NCBI RefSeq assembly: GCF_037042905.1
Contig: NC_087245.1
Location: forward strand, 32,242,001-32,306,000
From: Lytechinus pictus
Lineage: Eukaryota
Length of the DNA: 64,000 bases
Direction: 5' to 3'
Under the pieces are notes generated by a model. That model searched no databases. It was not told the origin of the DNA and saw only the letters and a program-made list of their open reading frames with translations. Below, one piece after another: positions 24,826-37,890 of the stretch. Position 1 is the stretch's first letter. Each line of letters begins with the position of its first letter. Made by a program: the position numbers and the translations under genes.

Positions 24826-27264
24826 CAGTGCGTATCAAAAAAAAGTTTACACTTTGAAAAAATCCTGTAAAATTATACATTTGTATAATATCCTGAAGAT
24901 TTTTTCCACATTTTAACATTGGTACAGATCCATTTAAGCAAATGACGATATAACTGTCGAAAAATATTTCCGCTTGAGCGAGCACCACTTACTTTTGAAA
25001 AGTTAGTGAAAAATGATTTGCGCAGAACTTTGAAATAGTTATGCGAATAAAAGTAGACCTTAATCACAGGCGCGTAGCCAGGGGGGGGGGGCGGTGGGGG
25101 CGGTCGCCCCCCCCCAAAAAAAAACGTCCCCAAAAAGAAAAAAGAAGGGAAAAAGAGAGGAGAAAAGGAAAAGCGAAGGGAGGGAAGGGAAGAAAGGTAG
25201 CTTTTTCTTTTTATTCTTTATTTTTTTCTCAAAAAAGAAACTCCGTGACTCTTGTTCTAAATTTATATATATGAATTTTGCTTCCGCGTTGCGCGCGGTT
25301 AAATGACAATATTGCAGTTCTCCTTTGCTTCCCTCACCCTTTCTCTAATCCTGTTTTTCCACCTCAGCTATATGTGTTTCTTGCCAGTTAAAGTTCAAAT
25401 GTATACATTAGGGCATGGAATACGAGTAAGGTTAGGCCGAAGTATATGAATTTATCTTTTTTTTTTTATTAATCGCGCAAATTCTGGTCGGGTCGGCTCC
25501 GGGCGGGTAAAATCTTTATCTCAATTTCTGCCGTCACCTCCATATAGGCAACTTCTCCCGCTTTTCAGCTCATTACTAAACAACCATAATTTGGGGGCAA
25601 ACAGGTTCCTAATTTAAAAAGAGGAAGGAATAAAATTCTTGTCGTATTAAATAAAAAAAAGTACAATATTTTTTTTATCAAATTCTATTCAACTTTATGT
25701 CATTTCCCTGCACATTCATCTCCTGTCCTGTTTCGCGCCCTCAGTTTGAAATTTTGAATGACACTTAAGTTTCTTTATCATTCAAAGTGAAGCGCATCAG
25801 GATAAGTGAAAGAAATTATACATCATCCTGTTTTATATCATTTCAATAATCACAGAAGTTTCAACTTTTTGCGCACTATTTTCCTTGTAATGAAGTTCAA
25901 TAATCTTAGAAAATTAATTGAATTAGAGCTGATGGGGGTATTAGAGATATCTGCATTTGATGAAACGTCCGCCCTTTGAAATTTCATAGTTTCATTGCTC
26001 TGCGCGGGGAGGAATATCTTCCTCCCGGCATATATCCTTCTTCTCCTCTGTTTTGCGAGTTAAGATATGCACTGTCGCTAAATTGTTTGTAATCAAATCT
26101 GATCTTTCCAAGGGAAGTATTCAATATAACTTAGAAAATAACCTTTTATCGGGACCATTTTCTTTGCAAAAAAAATATAAAACGCTTTAGCTTCCGCGCT
26201 TCACGCAGGGTTAATATTATTTAATTTCCTCCATTTTATCCCTTTTTTGTTCGTTTTACAATCACTTTTGAAAACAAGGCTCAAAATCACAATATATTCA
26301 AATGAATTGGAGCTGATATAGGTACTAGAGACAAGGGAGGCGGCTCCTTTTTATTTTAATTTATGAAACACCGAAAGCTTCGCGCTTCGCAAGGGAGGGG
26401 GAAACTCCCCCTCCCTGCACCCACCCCCTAGGGAGCGCGCTTCGCGCGCTCTGTAAGTGTTGGCACGCTTTGCGTGCATTTACCGCCCCCTCCAAAATGA
26501 AATCCTGGCTACGCGGTTGCTTAATCATGAAGAACACGTTGAATTTAGCTAGTAACATTGATTTGAAGATATATTTTACCTTTTTTAACTTGTTTCCTTG
26601 CCCAAAACACTTCGAAGAGTGCATTGCGCCCCACACACCGAGGCCATCGTGACGATATTTGCTTTACACCGAGCTGTGATTTACATGAAATGGCTTAGGC
26701 TTGATTTTCATTTTGTTAATCATTGTCAAGCTTGGAAAAGGTGTAGAGAAACAAGTATTAAATAAAAAATGAAATGTAAACCCACTTTAAATGATAAAAA
26801 CTTAGTGAAAAAATGCTGGAGATGTCTGATATAAACTTTTGTTCAGATTTAGTATGTCCTCAGATCCAGCTGGCATAAAAAGGGGTAAAGGTTGTGCTTA
26901 CTAAGTGTTGAAATTTCAATTTGGGTGGCAAAATTGTTACAAAATGCTTGAATATATCTGTTCTATTTCAAATGACTAAAAGCGCAAGGGAAATGTATGA
27001 GAAATGTTTCGCAGGGTAGATTCGATTTGGCCCTTTCCCCTTGATACAGCGTGAAAACGAGCATTTCTGCGCAAACAGATATCTGCGAGCTTCTACAAAA
27101 ATAGGCAGTGCTCACCCAAGTGTAACATTCTGTCAAAACTTTTACTTTCATTGGATAGACGAGACCCAAACCTAAGTTTATATGTGAAAATATTACCCAC
27201 ATGTTGTATATTTTTTAATTCCCAGGGCTTTTTCAAAGTGTAAACTTTTTTTTGATACGCACTG
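24826..27264. mobile_element. ~980-bp Tc1/mariner-like non-autonomous element (copy 1) with a nested hAT element
   Basis: TA|cagtgcgtatcaaaaaaaagtttacactttgaaaaa TIRs at both ends with a TA TSD. Closely similar to 56712-58321. Confidence 0.9.
25067..26519. mobile_element. 1453-bp non-autonomous hAT-type element
   Basis: TIRs caggcgcgtagccagg / cctggctacgcggttg and a perfect 8-bp TSD cttaatca. The empty site is visible in host copy 2 at 56941-56948. Confidence 0.9.
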
Positions 27265-27508
27265 TATAGAAATGGAGATATTATATTCATTGTTTAGGCC
27301 TATACGAAATCGGTATATGACTGCAAAAAACATTAAATTGAAATTGATCCTTTCGTTAATTTAGTTTCATTACTAAAATAGACAGGTGAGGAAGACAAAA
27401 ATCTAAGAAAGCATAACATACATACTAGCCAGGGAACAGGGCTAAGATGAATGTGGAAATGTAGGCCTACAGTTTGATTTGATTTCCTTTGATTTCTGCA
27501 CTCATGAT

Positions 27509-27784
27509 CACTAGCGTACCTAAGGGGGGCAGACTGTCCCCCCTGACTCACAACTCATGCAGGGGACGTACCCCTGCCCCCCTGACGAGTCACAACTGAT
27601 CCATTAACCTGAAGACTTTTTTTTTTTTTTTTTTTTTGCTTGTCAATTTTTTTTCGGGTAAGAAATCCTTTATTTTTGGTTGAAGACCCTTTTTTTTTTT
27701 TTTGCTTGTCAATTTTTTTCGAGGACGAAATATCCTCCAAAAAATTGCCCCCCCCCCCTTTGGAAAATCCTAGGTACGCCACTG
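27509..27784. mobile_element. hAT-type MITE
   Basis: TIRs cactagcgtaccta / taggtacgccactg and a perfect 8-bp TSD ctcatgat. Confidence 0.85.
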
Positions 27785-28199
27785 CTCATGATGATTATGC
27801 AACATAACATATAAAAAGTTAATACATAATTATACAACAAAACAAAACAGTAATAAAATAGTCATAATATAAGCAGTGAAAATGAATATTAACAAATTGC
27901 ATTACTCACTTGAAAGAAAAATCATAGTTTACAAGAATGCAGGAGACCGACTCAAGCTTGAAAATGACGGTGGCCTCGAAAAAGTTCCGATAATTCGAAT
28001 GTAAATTTTCTCAGAATTTCATTTGGGTACAAACAATTCAGAATTTAGATGGGTGTGGCCTTGTGCTGTTTATATATTCTTCTACATATGATTTACCTTG
28101 GCACTACTTATAGGCCTAAATATATACTTATACAAGCCTCGAAATGTAAATAACAGTGGGGCCTACAACCCCCCCCCCCATGCTTCTTAATGGGTACTG

Positions 28200-28491
28200 T
28201 ATAGGGCTTCAACTTTCTCCCCCCCCCCCCTTCCTTCTGGGGAATCTAAAGCAATGGGGAATATTCTTTTTTTTTCACAAACGTAATTTGTTTCTGTAAT
28301 TTTGTACTCCAATCGTGCAATTATAACACTGTAATTTATTTGCTGTATTTGTATCACTATTATTTATCTGTCATGGATCCCCCTGCTTTTCAAGCCTCTG
28401 GCTTTCCTAGGGTGTTTGATCCTCACATTTTACAATGTATATATCTACTCATGTGATTTTTGACCTAATAAATAAATTGAATTGAAATTGA
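28200..28491 (+). mobile_element. 3' UTR stub of a CR1/L2-type LINE
   Basis: A stem-loop-like segment followed by aataaataaattgaattgaaattga, the same tail type as the full LINEs in this window. Confidence 0.55.
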
Positions 28492-30137
28492 TTTTTCATG
28501 ATTGTATTTTTATAAAACATAATTATTAAAAAAAATAGTTTTAAAACAACACCTGCTGTACTCTCCCGGTTTAGCTATCGTCTGTATTATGTTCTTTTTG
28601 GGAAGCTGTCTGAAAGTTTTATACTCTCGGGGGGGGGGGGGGGGTTGTTCTGGGGGCGTCTAATTGTATACACATTCAAACAAGCGTTATGGTGCACTCG
28701 TACGTCACCATTATACATGACTATGAATTGCATTTTTCATCACAGCACCGCGACTCAATGTAGGCATACAACAGTTTATCAAAATAGAACAGGCAAAAAT
28801 GATCTCCCAAATCGAATCAGATTTCATGACAAAGGATAGCCAGTGGACCATGGAAGTAATATAAATACATGAGGTTTCAGACGTTATATTGATCCCCCAC
28901 CGGACAAATCGATAATTATTTTCATCGGATCCGTCGACTCATTTGTGAATGACCCACTTCCAATGTTCGGCTCCTTTGACAACAAACTTGCTCTACTTAA
29001 AATTTACCTGGAAATTATCTTCACAATATTTCGCTTGCAGGATAAAGGCGGCGTTTTTAGGTTAGGTATATTCTTATTCAGTTTATAAGTGGCGCCCTGC
29101 TCTCCGCGCATCCTTCTTGTGGTGGATAATGGTCATCAAAGGACACTTTATAAAATGTATTGGAGTCGGGATTGATAGATCTATCTATTTGAGGGGGTGT
29201 AAAACTATGATATAGCATGGTTACTTGAAAAAAAAAATATTAAAAGGTGCTTGACGGAGAGATTCGGAGCAGAACTCAGTAATAATACAAAAACATTTCA
29301 TTTTTAATAATTCAATCCAAGTGTTTTGTTTGTTGGTATGGGTAATGTGAATTGGTCGAACTACATCTGCTGCAAGAGGTTTTAAAAGTCGTGTAGACAC
29401 CGTTATCTTTACTTCCTTATCATATTCTTGCGATTATGTGCCCTTAATAACAAACACGATAAGGCTTGCGTGACAGAATATTTTGGAATATCTTTGGAAA
29501 AAATGTCAGTATCAAATCATTTAAATAGATATTGTTGCATAAACGGTACTTCATACTTGAATATTATCCCTGTATAAACCAAAAATGCTTCTCAAACCAC
29601 TTAAATCGCTTTTCTAGTTCATCACGCTACAATTTTTTTTTGTACAACTTTATATGTAGTTGGATCCTAACGAAGTACTTTAGCATTATAGATGTGGAGC
29701 AAACATTTTCATTAAACCAGAATTTTATCTCAAAATGTAATTTGTTCATTAATTTTCATGCATATGATAAATATCAAATTTGGTTTAACATTTCCAAGTT
29801 CAAATAAATAATTCGGGATATAAACGAAAAGAAACAAAAAAATTAAGACCAGTATATATAGGTCCATGGTTGAAGCCATTCGAATAAATTTGGGGCAAAC
29901 TCTTACACTCGTGAGCCATTTTTCACAACGGAGTTCAACATATAGTAACGGGCTTCTCGGTGCAAATTATGTTATGTATTCCTCTCCCCGGGCCCGATGG
30001 GTTGAATTGCAAATCGGGTCTGATATTTCAAAAGGAGTTGTTCAAGGGCTCGAGATATGACACAATCCGGATATCACTGAGACGATATTTTTGATCGGGT
30101 GTGTCCCCAGAAGGAAAACCCGAAGAACCAGGGATGG

Positions 30138-31300
30138 CAGGCGCGGATCCAAGGGGGTCAAGCCGGCCCCGGCCCCCCTATTTTTTGGCAACCAAAAAAA
30201 GGTGTTATTTTTAACTTGAGAGAAACGCTGAAAAACAGAAAGAAAAGGATATAAGAAGGAGGTTTACCCATGTTTAATTTACGGCCTCGTAACGGCCGGC
30301 CCGACCCCCATAATAGGCCTACTTTTCAGAATGGAATATCTTAGGAAGAGGATTAGGAAGATCTTCATCACTTTTATATGACAAAATGTCCTTTGAATAT
30401 CCCGGTCCTAGGTAAAAATTATGATAAAAGATATTAGCTTGCGCTTTGCGCTCGCATCATTTCTTAAGTGCGATCCACATCCACTTCACAATTTTCCTAT
30501 AGTGCTTGAAATAATGCTTAATTTGATCCCTTTACAGATTGGAATATCAAATATTTTCAGCTCGCGCTTCGCACTCGCACTATTGATTTTCATTATTAAA
30601 AAATGTATTCAGAATGCCCAGATTCTAGGTCTAAATCTAAAACACGCGCACGCATTTCTATTGAGATACGAAGCTGCGTGGTTCATTATTTAAAACGTGC
30701 TTAAGTTATCCAGTTTCAGATCAGAATATAAAAACTTTTTTGCACGCGTTCGCGCGCGCATAATTAATGTAGAAAGATCAATTACCCATTCATGATTTAC
30801 AAAACATGAATGGAGTGTCCCGTTTTAGGTCTGCATATCATTTCTTTCCGCTCGTGCTTCGCGCTCGCATCAAATTATTGTCTAGTTATATACCTATCCC
30901 GTTCAAAATTACAAAAAGTGCTTAAAATGTCATTTTTAGGTCGGAATTTAAAATTATTGTTGAAATATGTATCGTCTTTATATGGCTAACTGCAAAGAGT
31001 CCTTATATTAAAAAGTTCTGCTCGTGCTTCACGCTCGCGGTAATTATCTTATTATGCAGCTTAAAGGATGACAAACATTGCAGAGAATGTTCAATTTTCA
31101 GGACAAAATACATTAAATTTTAGCTCGCGCTTCGCGCTCGCACTACTTAAAAAGGGCTCATAAGATTATTACATATATTTTTTTTAAGAATAAAGCTATA
31201 AGCTACTGTTAGGACTACCCCTTAAAAAATAAACAAACAAAATTCATCTTTGAGCGGCCGATCAGGGAAAATGTTGAAACTTTTGACGCCCCCCTATTTT
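30138..31300. mobile_element. hAT-like element with internal degenerate tandem units
   Basis: caggcgcggatccaagggg start and about six gctcgcgcttcgcgctcgc-type motifs. The right TIR is not clear. Confidence 0.6.
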
Positions 31301-31458
31301 TTGTTGTCAACATCTGATCTTAATTTAAAAAATAAAAACTTTCACCCACTCGCCGCGACCCGTCGCGAATTTCCAACATGTTGTGCCCCTTCAATTTTGG
31401 GGCTCATTTTGACTCCGTAGATGGACAGGAGTGTCGACTGCTCACATAATAGTCTTAT

Positions 31459-31528
31459 AAAGAATTGGAATATTGACATACAATAGGCTATGGAAAGAAT
31501 TGGAATATTGACATACAATAGGCTATGG
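31459..31528. repeat. Perfect 35-bp tandem duplication
   Basis: aaagaattggaatattgacatacaataggctatgg twice. Confidence 0.9.
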
Positions 31529-32442
31529 GAAAAAAAGAATACTGGAAATGGTACTGTAAATAAAAATTCAAATCTCCTTTTTTATACCATAAAGTAAACT
31601 GACTTCAAAGGAAATGTACAGGGAAAAGCAATATTGACCGAGGAAAAAAATCAGGTCATGGAATAACCCTTTACCTTGCATGTATAAAGGGCGACATCGT
31701 CCTCCTTCTCAACGAGTGTACGCATCGCCGGCTAACAAATCAGAAATCGAATCAGATCCAAGGATGTATTCCATTCAAGGCAACGCTCATTTACATACTT
31801 TGCATACTTTGGTTATAAAAACAATTAAAACGTCCTCTTTGGAAAGTTTAGTTCATATCCAGATAATCCTCCCTGGTAACATTCGTGAGGGAAAAAACAG
31901 ATATTTCATACACGACAGACCTTGCAAGCTCGGTTGCTTTAATCAAGGACCAGTCAGACGTGGTATAGGTCCATGCATTAATTGACGCAATATAAGGACA
32001 ATAGGATCAACCACAAAAGTACATTCATGGTCGTTAAGAGTGGCAACATTGAACACAGACAGAGGAGAAAGACAATAAGAGAAAGGAGAGTGGTTGATCA
32101 AAGAAAAGATACTGTGAAAGCAAGACCATTATGCGGATTTAGCTTTAATAAAAGAAACCATTGCCTACACTGTCTGGTAATTAAAGGTACAAAACACAAA
32201 TCGCGTTTTACAAACAGAAAACGATAGGCATAGGTATCATTTGCTTCTATGATGCGATATTTATTTTGCATTATTAACCTACCAATAAATACATTACACC
32301 AGAGATAAAACTAATAAAGTCAGACTGTGTGACGATTGTAACATCTCGGTGCAAGAGCAGCACTACAGGGGGGGGGGGGGGGGCAGCCCGGGCAGGGAGC
32401 GGCGCCCAGTGCTGAAAAGAAAAAATATAAATAAGAAGCATG

Positions 32443-32459
32443 AAGAAGAAGAATAGGAA

Positions 32460-32491
<32 letters not shown>

Positions 32492-32561
32492 GGAAGAAGA
32501 AGTAGTAGAAGAAGAAGGAGAAGAAGAAGAAGAAGAAAAAGAAGGAGAAAAGAAGAAGAAG
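32443..32561. repeat. (GAA)n microsatellite
   Basis: Directly visible in the sequence. Confidence 0.95.
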
Positions 32562-33236
32562 CGTCAACTAATGTTGATGCTTTTTAAAATAAAGTTATTT
32601 TGATATAAATATTTTTCTTATCTTATTGAATCTGTACCTAGGGCCTCGCACACTAGCACATGCTTCTTTAAAGAGTCCCTGGCCCATTTTGTATTTGTTG
32701 TTGTTGTAACTTCTTGATTGTGTTATGTTGCCAAATAAATATAATTGAATGGAATATAAGATTGCCCTTAGCCAGTTTGCCCATGAGAGTCAATGTCGAG
32801 TAAATCAAGGAACATAAATTACACCCAAGATTGGCTCATGCATACGGAAAAATATTCATGTTAAGTTAGTTTGACCAAGACATAGGCTTGTATCCTTTTA
32901 ACTGGCGTATATGTAGAGGAGGGGGGGGGGGGGCTTGGGGACCATGCCCCTACGAGTTTCACGACCTAGAAAGTGAACGGAGAAAGGGAAATTGTGTAAA
33001 AATCTATTCAAAATCACGATCTTTGTGTAGAGAATGTCAAAATTTTTGCTCACTCACTTCGCTTTCTCGTATTTTAAAGAACCTTTGCTCCATCTGCCAT
33101 ATCTGGCACCCTCAAAATGTTTCGTTCATTAAATTACGCTACCCTGTGTTCTGTATTTTCACACACACCGCTACGTACGATTGCTGTATAAGCACAATAC
33201 CTGTTGATGTAATACATATTTTTCATGGTATCAAGC

Positions 33237-33439
33237 CAGTGGCGTACGCGGGGGGGGGGGGGGGGGGGAGGATTACATGTGTTCAGGTTCAAACCCACCC
33301 CCCTTATTTTTGTTTTTTGCTTATCAAATTTTTTGGGGTACGAAACGACCTAAAATTTTTGGTGATTTTTTTTTTTGGGGGGGTGTCAACATTTCATTCA
33401 GCTTGAATCTTCCCTCCAAAAATCCTGCGTACGCCACTG
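33237..33439. mobile_element. hAT-type MITE
   Basis: TIRs cagtggcgtacgc / gcgtacgccactg and an 8-bp TSD tatcaagc/tatcaaac. Confidence 0.85.
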
Positions 33440-33635
33440 TATCAAACTAGAACAGTTTGCAATCTTCATATCTCGCCAAAGGAAAAAAAAAAATCCACAA
33501 GATTATTACATCAACACTCTACATCCGCATGCACACACACTACGTACTTCCCGGGTTAGGTTACATTAAAGAAGAGCAACATTATTAAAGAATGTATACA
33601 GCTCAATGCGGCTGAGCCAGGAGCCTTGATACGGA

Positions 33636-33673
33636 TGACGTCAATGATAGGACAAAGAAGGTGATCACGTGAC
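33636..33673. promoter_or_regulatory. Perfect CRE plus E-box/CLEAR-like site
   Basis: TGACGTCA at 33636-33643 and TCACGTGAC at 33665-33673, in unique sequence. This is a motif match only. Confidence 0.3.
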
Positions 33674-34094
33674 AGATGCTGGTCGGAGACTTCAAAAGAA
33701 GCGATATGATAAAAATCTGGCGCCTCTGATCAAGTTAGAAAAAGGAGATCTTGCAGAGGCGAGATAGCGACATTGTCTCTTTACATACTACACGTACAGA
33801 GAGATGTTCATGATAAGAATAAAAGAAGAAGTTTCGCGTAAAGCTAAAGATAAATCGGTTTACCCTCCCCCCCCCCCCCCCATGAACTCGAAAGTCCTCT
33901 GTGAGTTATAAGTGACACCCCTGTAGTTCGGTCGCAGTATATGTATTATTTCCACAGTGTCAGTTATTTTTGTGAAAAGTTTGACTAAACTTCTTACTGG
34001 CTAAAAATGAAATCAACAAGTTGCAATATCCATACATTTCAAAATGACATAGTTGAATGTGCTATTGACCTATATATAGCCTAAAGGATGAATG

Positions 34095-34283
34095 CACTCT
34101 ATTAAAAAAGGGTTTACCCAATATTGGGTAAAATGGGAACATGCATGTTGGTTGGGTAAAACAAATATTTTGTAAATTTTACGAAATGTTGCGTTGAAAT
34201 AGCCCAATATGGGGTAATAAAATAACCCAGCAAACATGCATGTTCCCTATTTTACCCAAGATTGGGTAAGATTTTACTTAGTG
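34095..34283. mobile_element. Palindromic MITE with CAC...GTG ends
   Basis: ttacccaatattgggtaaaatgggaacatgcatgtt is inverted against aacatgcatgttccctattttacccaagattgggtaa. Confidence 0.75.
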
Positions 34284-35265
34284 TTTTTAAAGTACCGTGA
34301 GTATGAATGGCTCAGTTGATTTGACATATTAAATAATTCGCCAATGAATTCATGGATAGAAAGAAAAGCACCATGCTCGGTTGGGGTTTCAACCCTTTGA
34401 ACATGAAAAGATTTCCCATCCAAATGATATCGATACCTCATGTCTGGTTGCTATGGAAACTATGGTATGTTGTTTCGCCCGAATTACATCATTTTAACCA
34501 GACGCACAGTTGCACGTGGACGATATGCGCTCCATTATTGATTTCTGCATACTTTATCTGCATTAGTTTCCATTTCAGTAACTGAAGAATAGTAATTTCT
34601 TCAACAAAATCAACTGAACAGCATCATTACCATTATTAGAGACATTAAAAAAGGGGTCCGTCTTGTAATATTTAACAATTTTGTAATTAAGTGCGGCATA
34701 AAAGACTGACATATTATTTGTTTATAATACAAGGCATTGCCTATAGAAAGTTCTATTCTATCCAATTCTCTATAGTTTCGGCCGATATTGGAAGCAAAAA
34801 GAAAAAAACAAGCCTAAAACAAACAAAGGAAAACAGAAAAAAACAATCAGATCACATTGCATATATATATTAAGAGGCAAAATTACAATAATTATCCATG
34901 CCTTTGTAAACTTTCACCGTTTGATCAGAAGTTTGGGTCCTAAATAAAGCAGAATTACAAATGCCACGATTATGAACCGGCATACTTATAACACCTCGTT
35001 ATCGAGGCCTTTTATTTCTATATATATACTCAAGTCCATGACCCCTTCCTCGAAGGATCCTCGCAAACATTAATGGACGTCTATCACTATTCATAATCAG
35101 TGATAGATGAGATGGACGGACGATAGTCGGGTATCGTGCTACCATTAAAAGACGAACTGATTAACATAGAAACATTCCAGCCGACTCTCGTGGATCATGA
35201 CAGGAATAAAATTCTGAGACGCGTCCATCTTGCTCGCACCAGTCTGATTACGAGCCCCAGTTCTG

Positions 35266-35539
35266 GGTCACGTCTTACAAAGTGTTACGATTGATCCGAT
35301 CAACCGCAACTATGGATGGCCAGCAACGTCAACGTATAAATGCAAATATTATGTTCAAAATACTTTCTAGATATGATGTATTTTCATACATTCATCGCTC
35401 TCTTGAAGATTGAGTGTGATTCTCTTTGTTTACAGGGAGATCGTGCAAATTTCTTGTAGAAAAAAAATGGTCTGGCTGGATTTCCATACAGTTGAGATTG
35501 ATTGATTGGATCAATCGTAACACTTTGTAAGACGGGGTC
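35266..35539. mobile_element. Harbinger-like MITE of the GGCCCCGTCTTACAAAG family
   Basis: TIRs and a CTG TSD on both sides. Confidence 0.85.
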
Positions 35540-35614
35540 CTGTTCACAAGAAAAGTTATAAGGCGGTCATAAGTTTAGAACATAGTGCTTCCAACTGCAT
35601 TCTAGGGCAACGGT

Positions 35615-36024
35615 TTGTGGTAGCGGTAGTAATGGTGGTATTGGTGATGTTGCTACAGCTGATGATGTTCACAAGAAATTGGGATGATGGTAGTGATAAT
35701 GGCGCTTTTGTTGTTGTTGGAGGTGACAACGACGAGGACGATAATGATGATTATGATGGTGATGATGATGATTGTGATTTCGATGAAGATGACGGCAAAG
35801 ATTATACAATATGATCATAGTGGTAGCGTGTGGCGACTGATGATGATAATGTTTACAAAGTTTATGATGATGATGACGATAATGATCAGAAAATCTTAAT
35901 GATGACGATGGTGATGACGGTGGTTCTGATGATGATGTTAGGATAGTTGAGATGATAATGGTTATTGTGGTCGTGGTTATGATGATGAAAATATGATATA
36001 ACCGACGATAAAAATAATAATAAT
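35615..36024. repeat. Degenerate (GAT/GGT)n low-complexity tract
   Basis: Directly visible. It explains the spurious Asp- and Met-rich ORFs here. Confidence 0.85.
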
Positions 36025-36250
36025 ATAGGCATATTTACCCAGGGAAGTTACTTCAGATCTGAAAACTGTTCTCCCAGCGGGCCCTGCTATTATTATTACC
36101 GCTGCTTAATTTAGCTGGGCTGCCTAGGCGCTCAAGCATTCAAGGAATTTCTTCCTACCGGGTACCCATTCATCTCACCTGGGTTGAGTGCAGCACGAAG
36201 TGGATAAATTTCTTGCTGAAGGAAATTATGTCATTGCTGCATGGGATTCA
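36025..36250 (-). mobile_element. SINE (9469 family)
   Basis: Reverse complement of the core: gggtacccattcatctcacctgggttgagtgcagcac. Confidence 0.8.
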
Positions 36251-37032
36251 GCCGATAATGCTGATGAACACAATGGTGGTGGTGGGGGAGGGGGTTCTCG
36301 TTTCTGATGCATGAGTTCCTCATTCTGAAGCAGGATGGGTATGTAAAAAAAAAAACATGTTAGATTGATAACCAAGAGGGGAATTTAACATTTTGAAGGT
36401 GGTGAATTGGATAAATGGTAATAGACTATAAGACTCCTTGTCCTTATTTTGAAGGTACTGTGGATCACTGACGTACTGATGGGGATGGTCTTATAGAGAT
36501 ATGGACTCTCTAAAATGTTCACCAACCAAGGGAAGGGATGAAAAGAAAGAAAGGGTGAAAATTATACTTTTCTCTGAATAATTATGTCTAAACCTATCAC
36601 AAAATCTCTTTTTTAGTAACAAAAGGAAAAAAATAATATACTCGCTCGCTTCATTTTCTCGCAGATTATTAGAAATTTAGCCCCATGAGCCACAACCCCC
36701 TCAAAACTGTCGTCTCGTTACACCACTGCTGTGGTTGTATTTACTCCCTTCCACACATCAACTGCCCCCCCCCCCGGTTAATGGCCATAACAACAAGGAA
36801 TCGGACGACAAACAGACATACCTTCGAGTCATTAAGACATTTTTGTTTAACTTAACTCACATTCATACCTCTTGTGATATATTCATTTAAAGAATATTGG
36901 CGTGCCATACATCATACCGTATACGACTTTCCTATAAATTACACGATCGCTTCATCCGTCATAACAATAACCAATAAAGCTTCTTGACATCAAGCATATA
37001 CGAATATGAACCACAATCTGCACGGCGAGCAA

Positions 37033-37240
37033 CATAGGCGGCGGAAGCGGGGGGGGGGGGGACGGGGGGGGGACGACCCCCCCTAAATTTTTTGTTGATG
37101 ACCTTTTTTTTTTGCTTGTCAACAATTTTTGGTATTCCCTCCCTGAAATTTTGGTTGCTAACCCTTTATTTTAATTTTTTTTTGCTTGTCAATTTTGTTT
37201 CCTGCGTCCCCCCTAAAATTGTTAGCTTCCGCCGCCAATG
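37033..37240. mobile_element. hAT-type MITE
   Basis: TIRs cataggcggcggaagc / gcttccgccgccaatg and a perfect 8-bp TSD gcgagcaa. Confidence 0.9.
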
Positions 37241-37249
37241 GCGAGCAAT

Positions 37250-37890
37250 ACTTTGGTAAAGAGCAGAAACTACTTTCAGAGCAGACCACTTTCGTAAAGT
37301 ACAGCTTAAATACATTCAGAAGAGACTACTTTTGTCAAGATGAGCTGAAATGTTCAGAGAAGAGCACTCCTGAAAAGAAGAGCTGAAAACGTTCAGAAAA
37401 GCCACTCTGTTCACAAACGAACACCTTTGTAAAGAAGAGCTGAAATACGTCCAGAAAAGGGCACTTTTGTAAAGAAGAACTGAAATACGTCCAGAAAAAA
37501 AAACACTTTTGAACTAAAAGCGTTAAGAAAAGAAGACTTTTGTCAAGAAGAGCTAAAAAAAACGTTCAGAAAAGAACACTTTTGTATTAAAGAGCTGAAA
37601 TACTTCAGAGAGAAGAGCACTTTTGTAAAGAAGAGCTAAAATATGTCCAGAGAAGGAACTTTTGTAAAGAAGAGCTGAAATACGTCCAGAAAAGTGCACT
37701 TAAATAATATGTAAAGAGCTGTAATACGTTAAGAAAAAAAAAACATTTTGGACTAAAAAAAACGTTCAGAAAAGAACACTTTGTTTAAGAACTATCACCT
37801 TTGTAAAGAAGAGCTGAAATACGTTCAGAGAAGGGCACTTTTGTAAAGAAGAATTGAAATACGTCAAGAAAAAATACTTTTGAACTAAAA
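37250..37890 (+). repeat. ~40-bp satellite, block 1
   Basis: Consensus approximately aaagaagagctgaaatacgttcagagaagagcacttttgt. Confidence 0.9.

Noticed and set aside
24806..27290. ORFs shared between 24806-27290 and 56758-58612
   Set aside because: The similarity reflects two copies of a non-coding MITE, and there are no transposase motifs.
31675..31945. Ig-like peptide fragments on the minus strand (DDVALYTCK, LTNVTREDY)
   Set aside because: They are short, bounded by in-frame stops and lack an acceptor, so chance resemblance is likely.
32274..33569. Poly-Phe ORF and the 172-aa ORF at 32888-33406
   Set aside because: They derive from (GAA)n and from MITEs with G runs, with no protein-like features.
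35617..35899. Asp-rich and Met-rich ORFs resembling secreted acidic proteins
   Set aside because: They lie in a degenerate (GAT)n tract with no splice or homology support.
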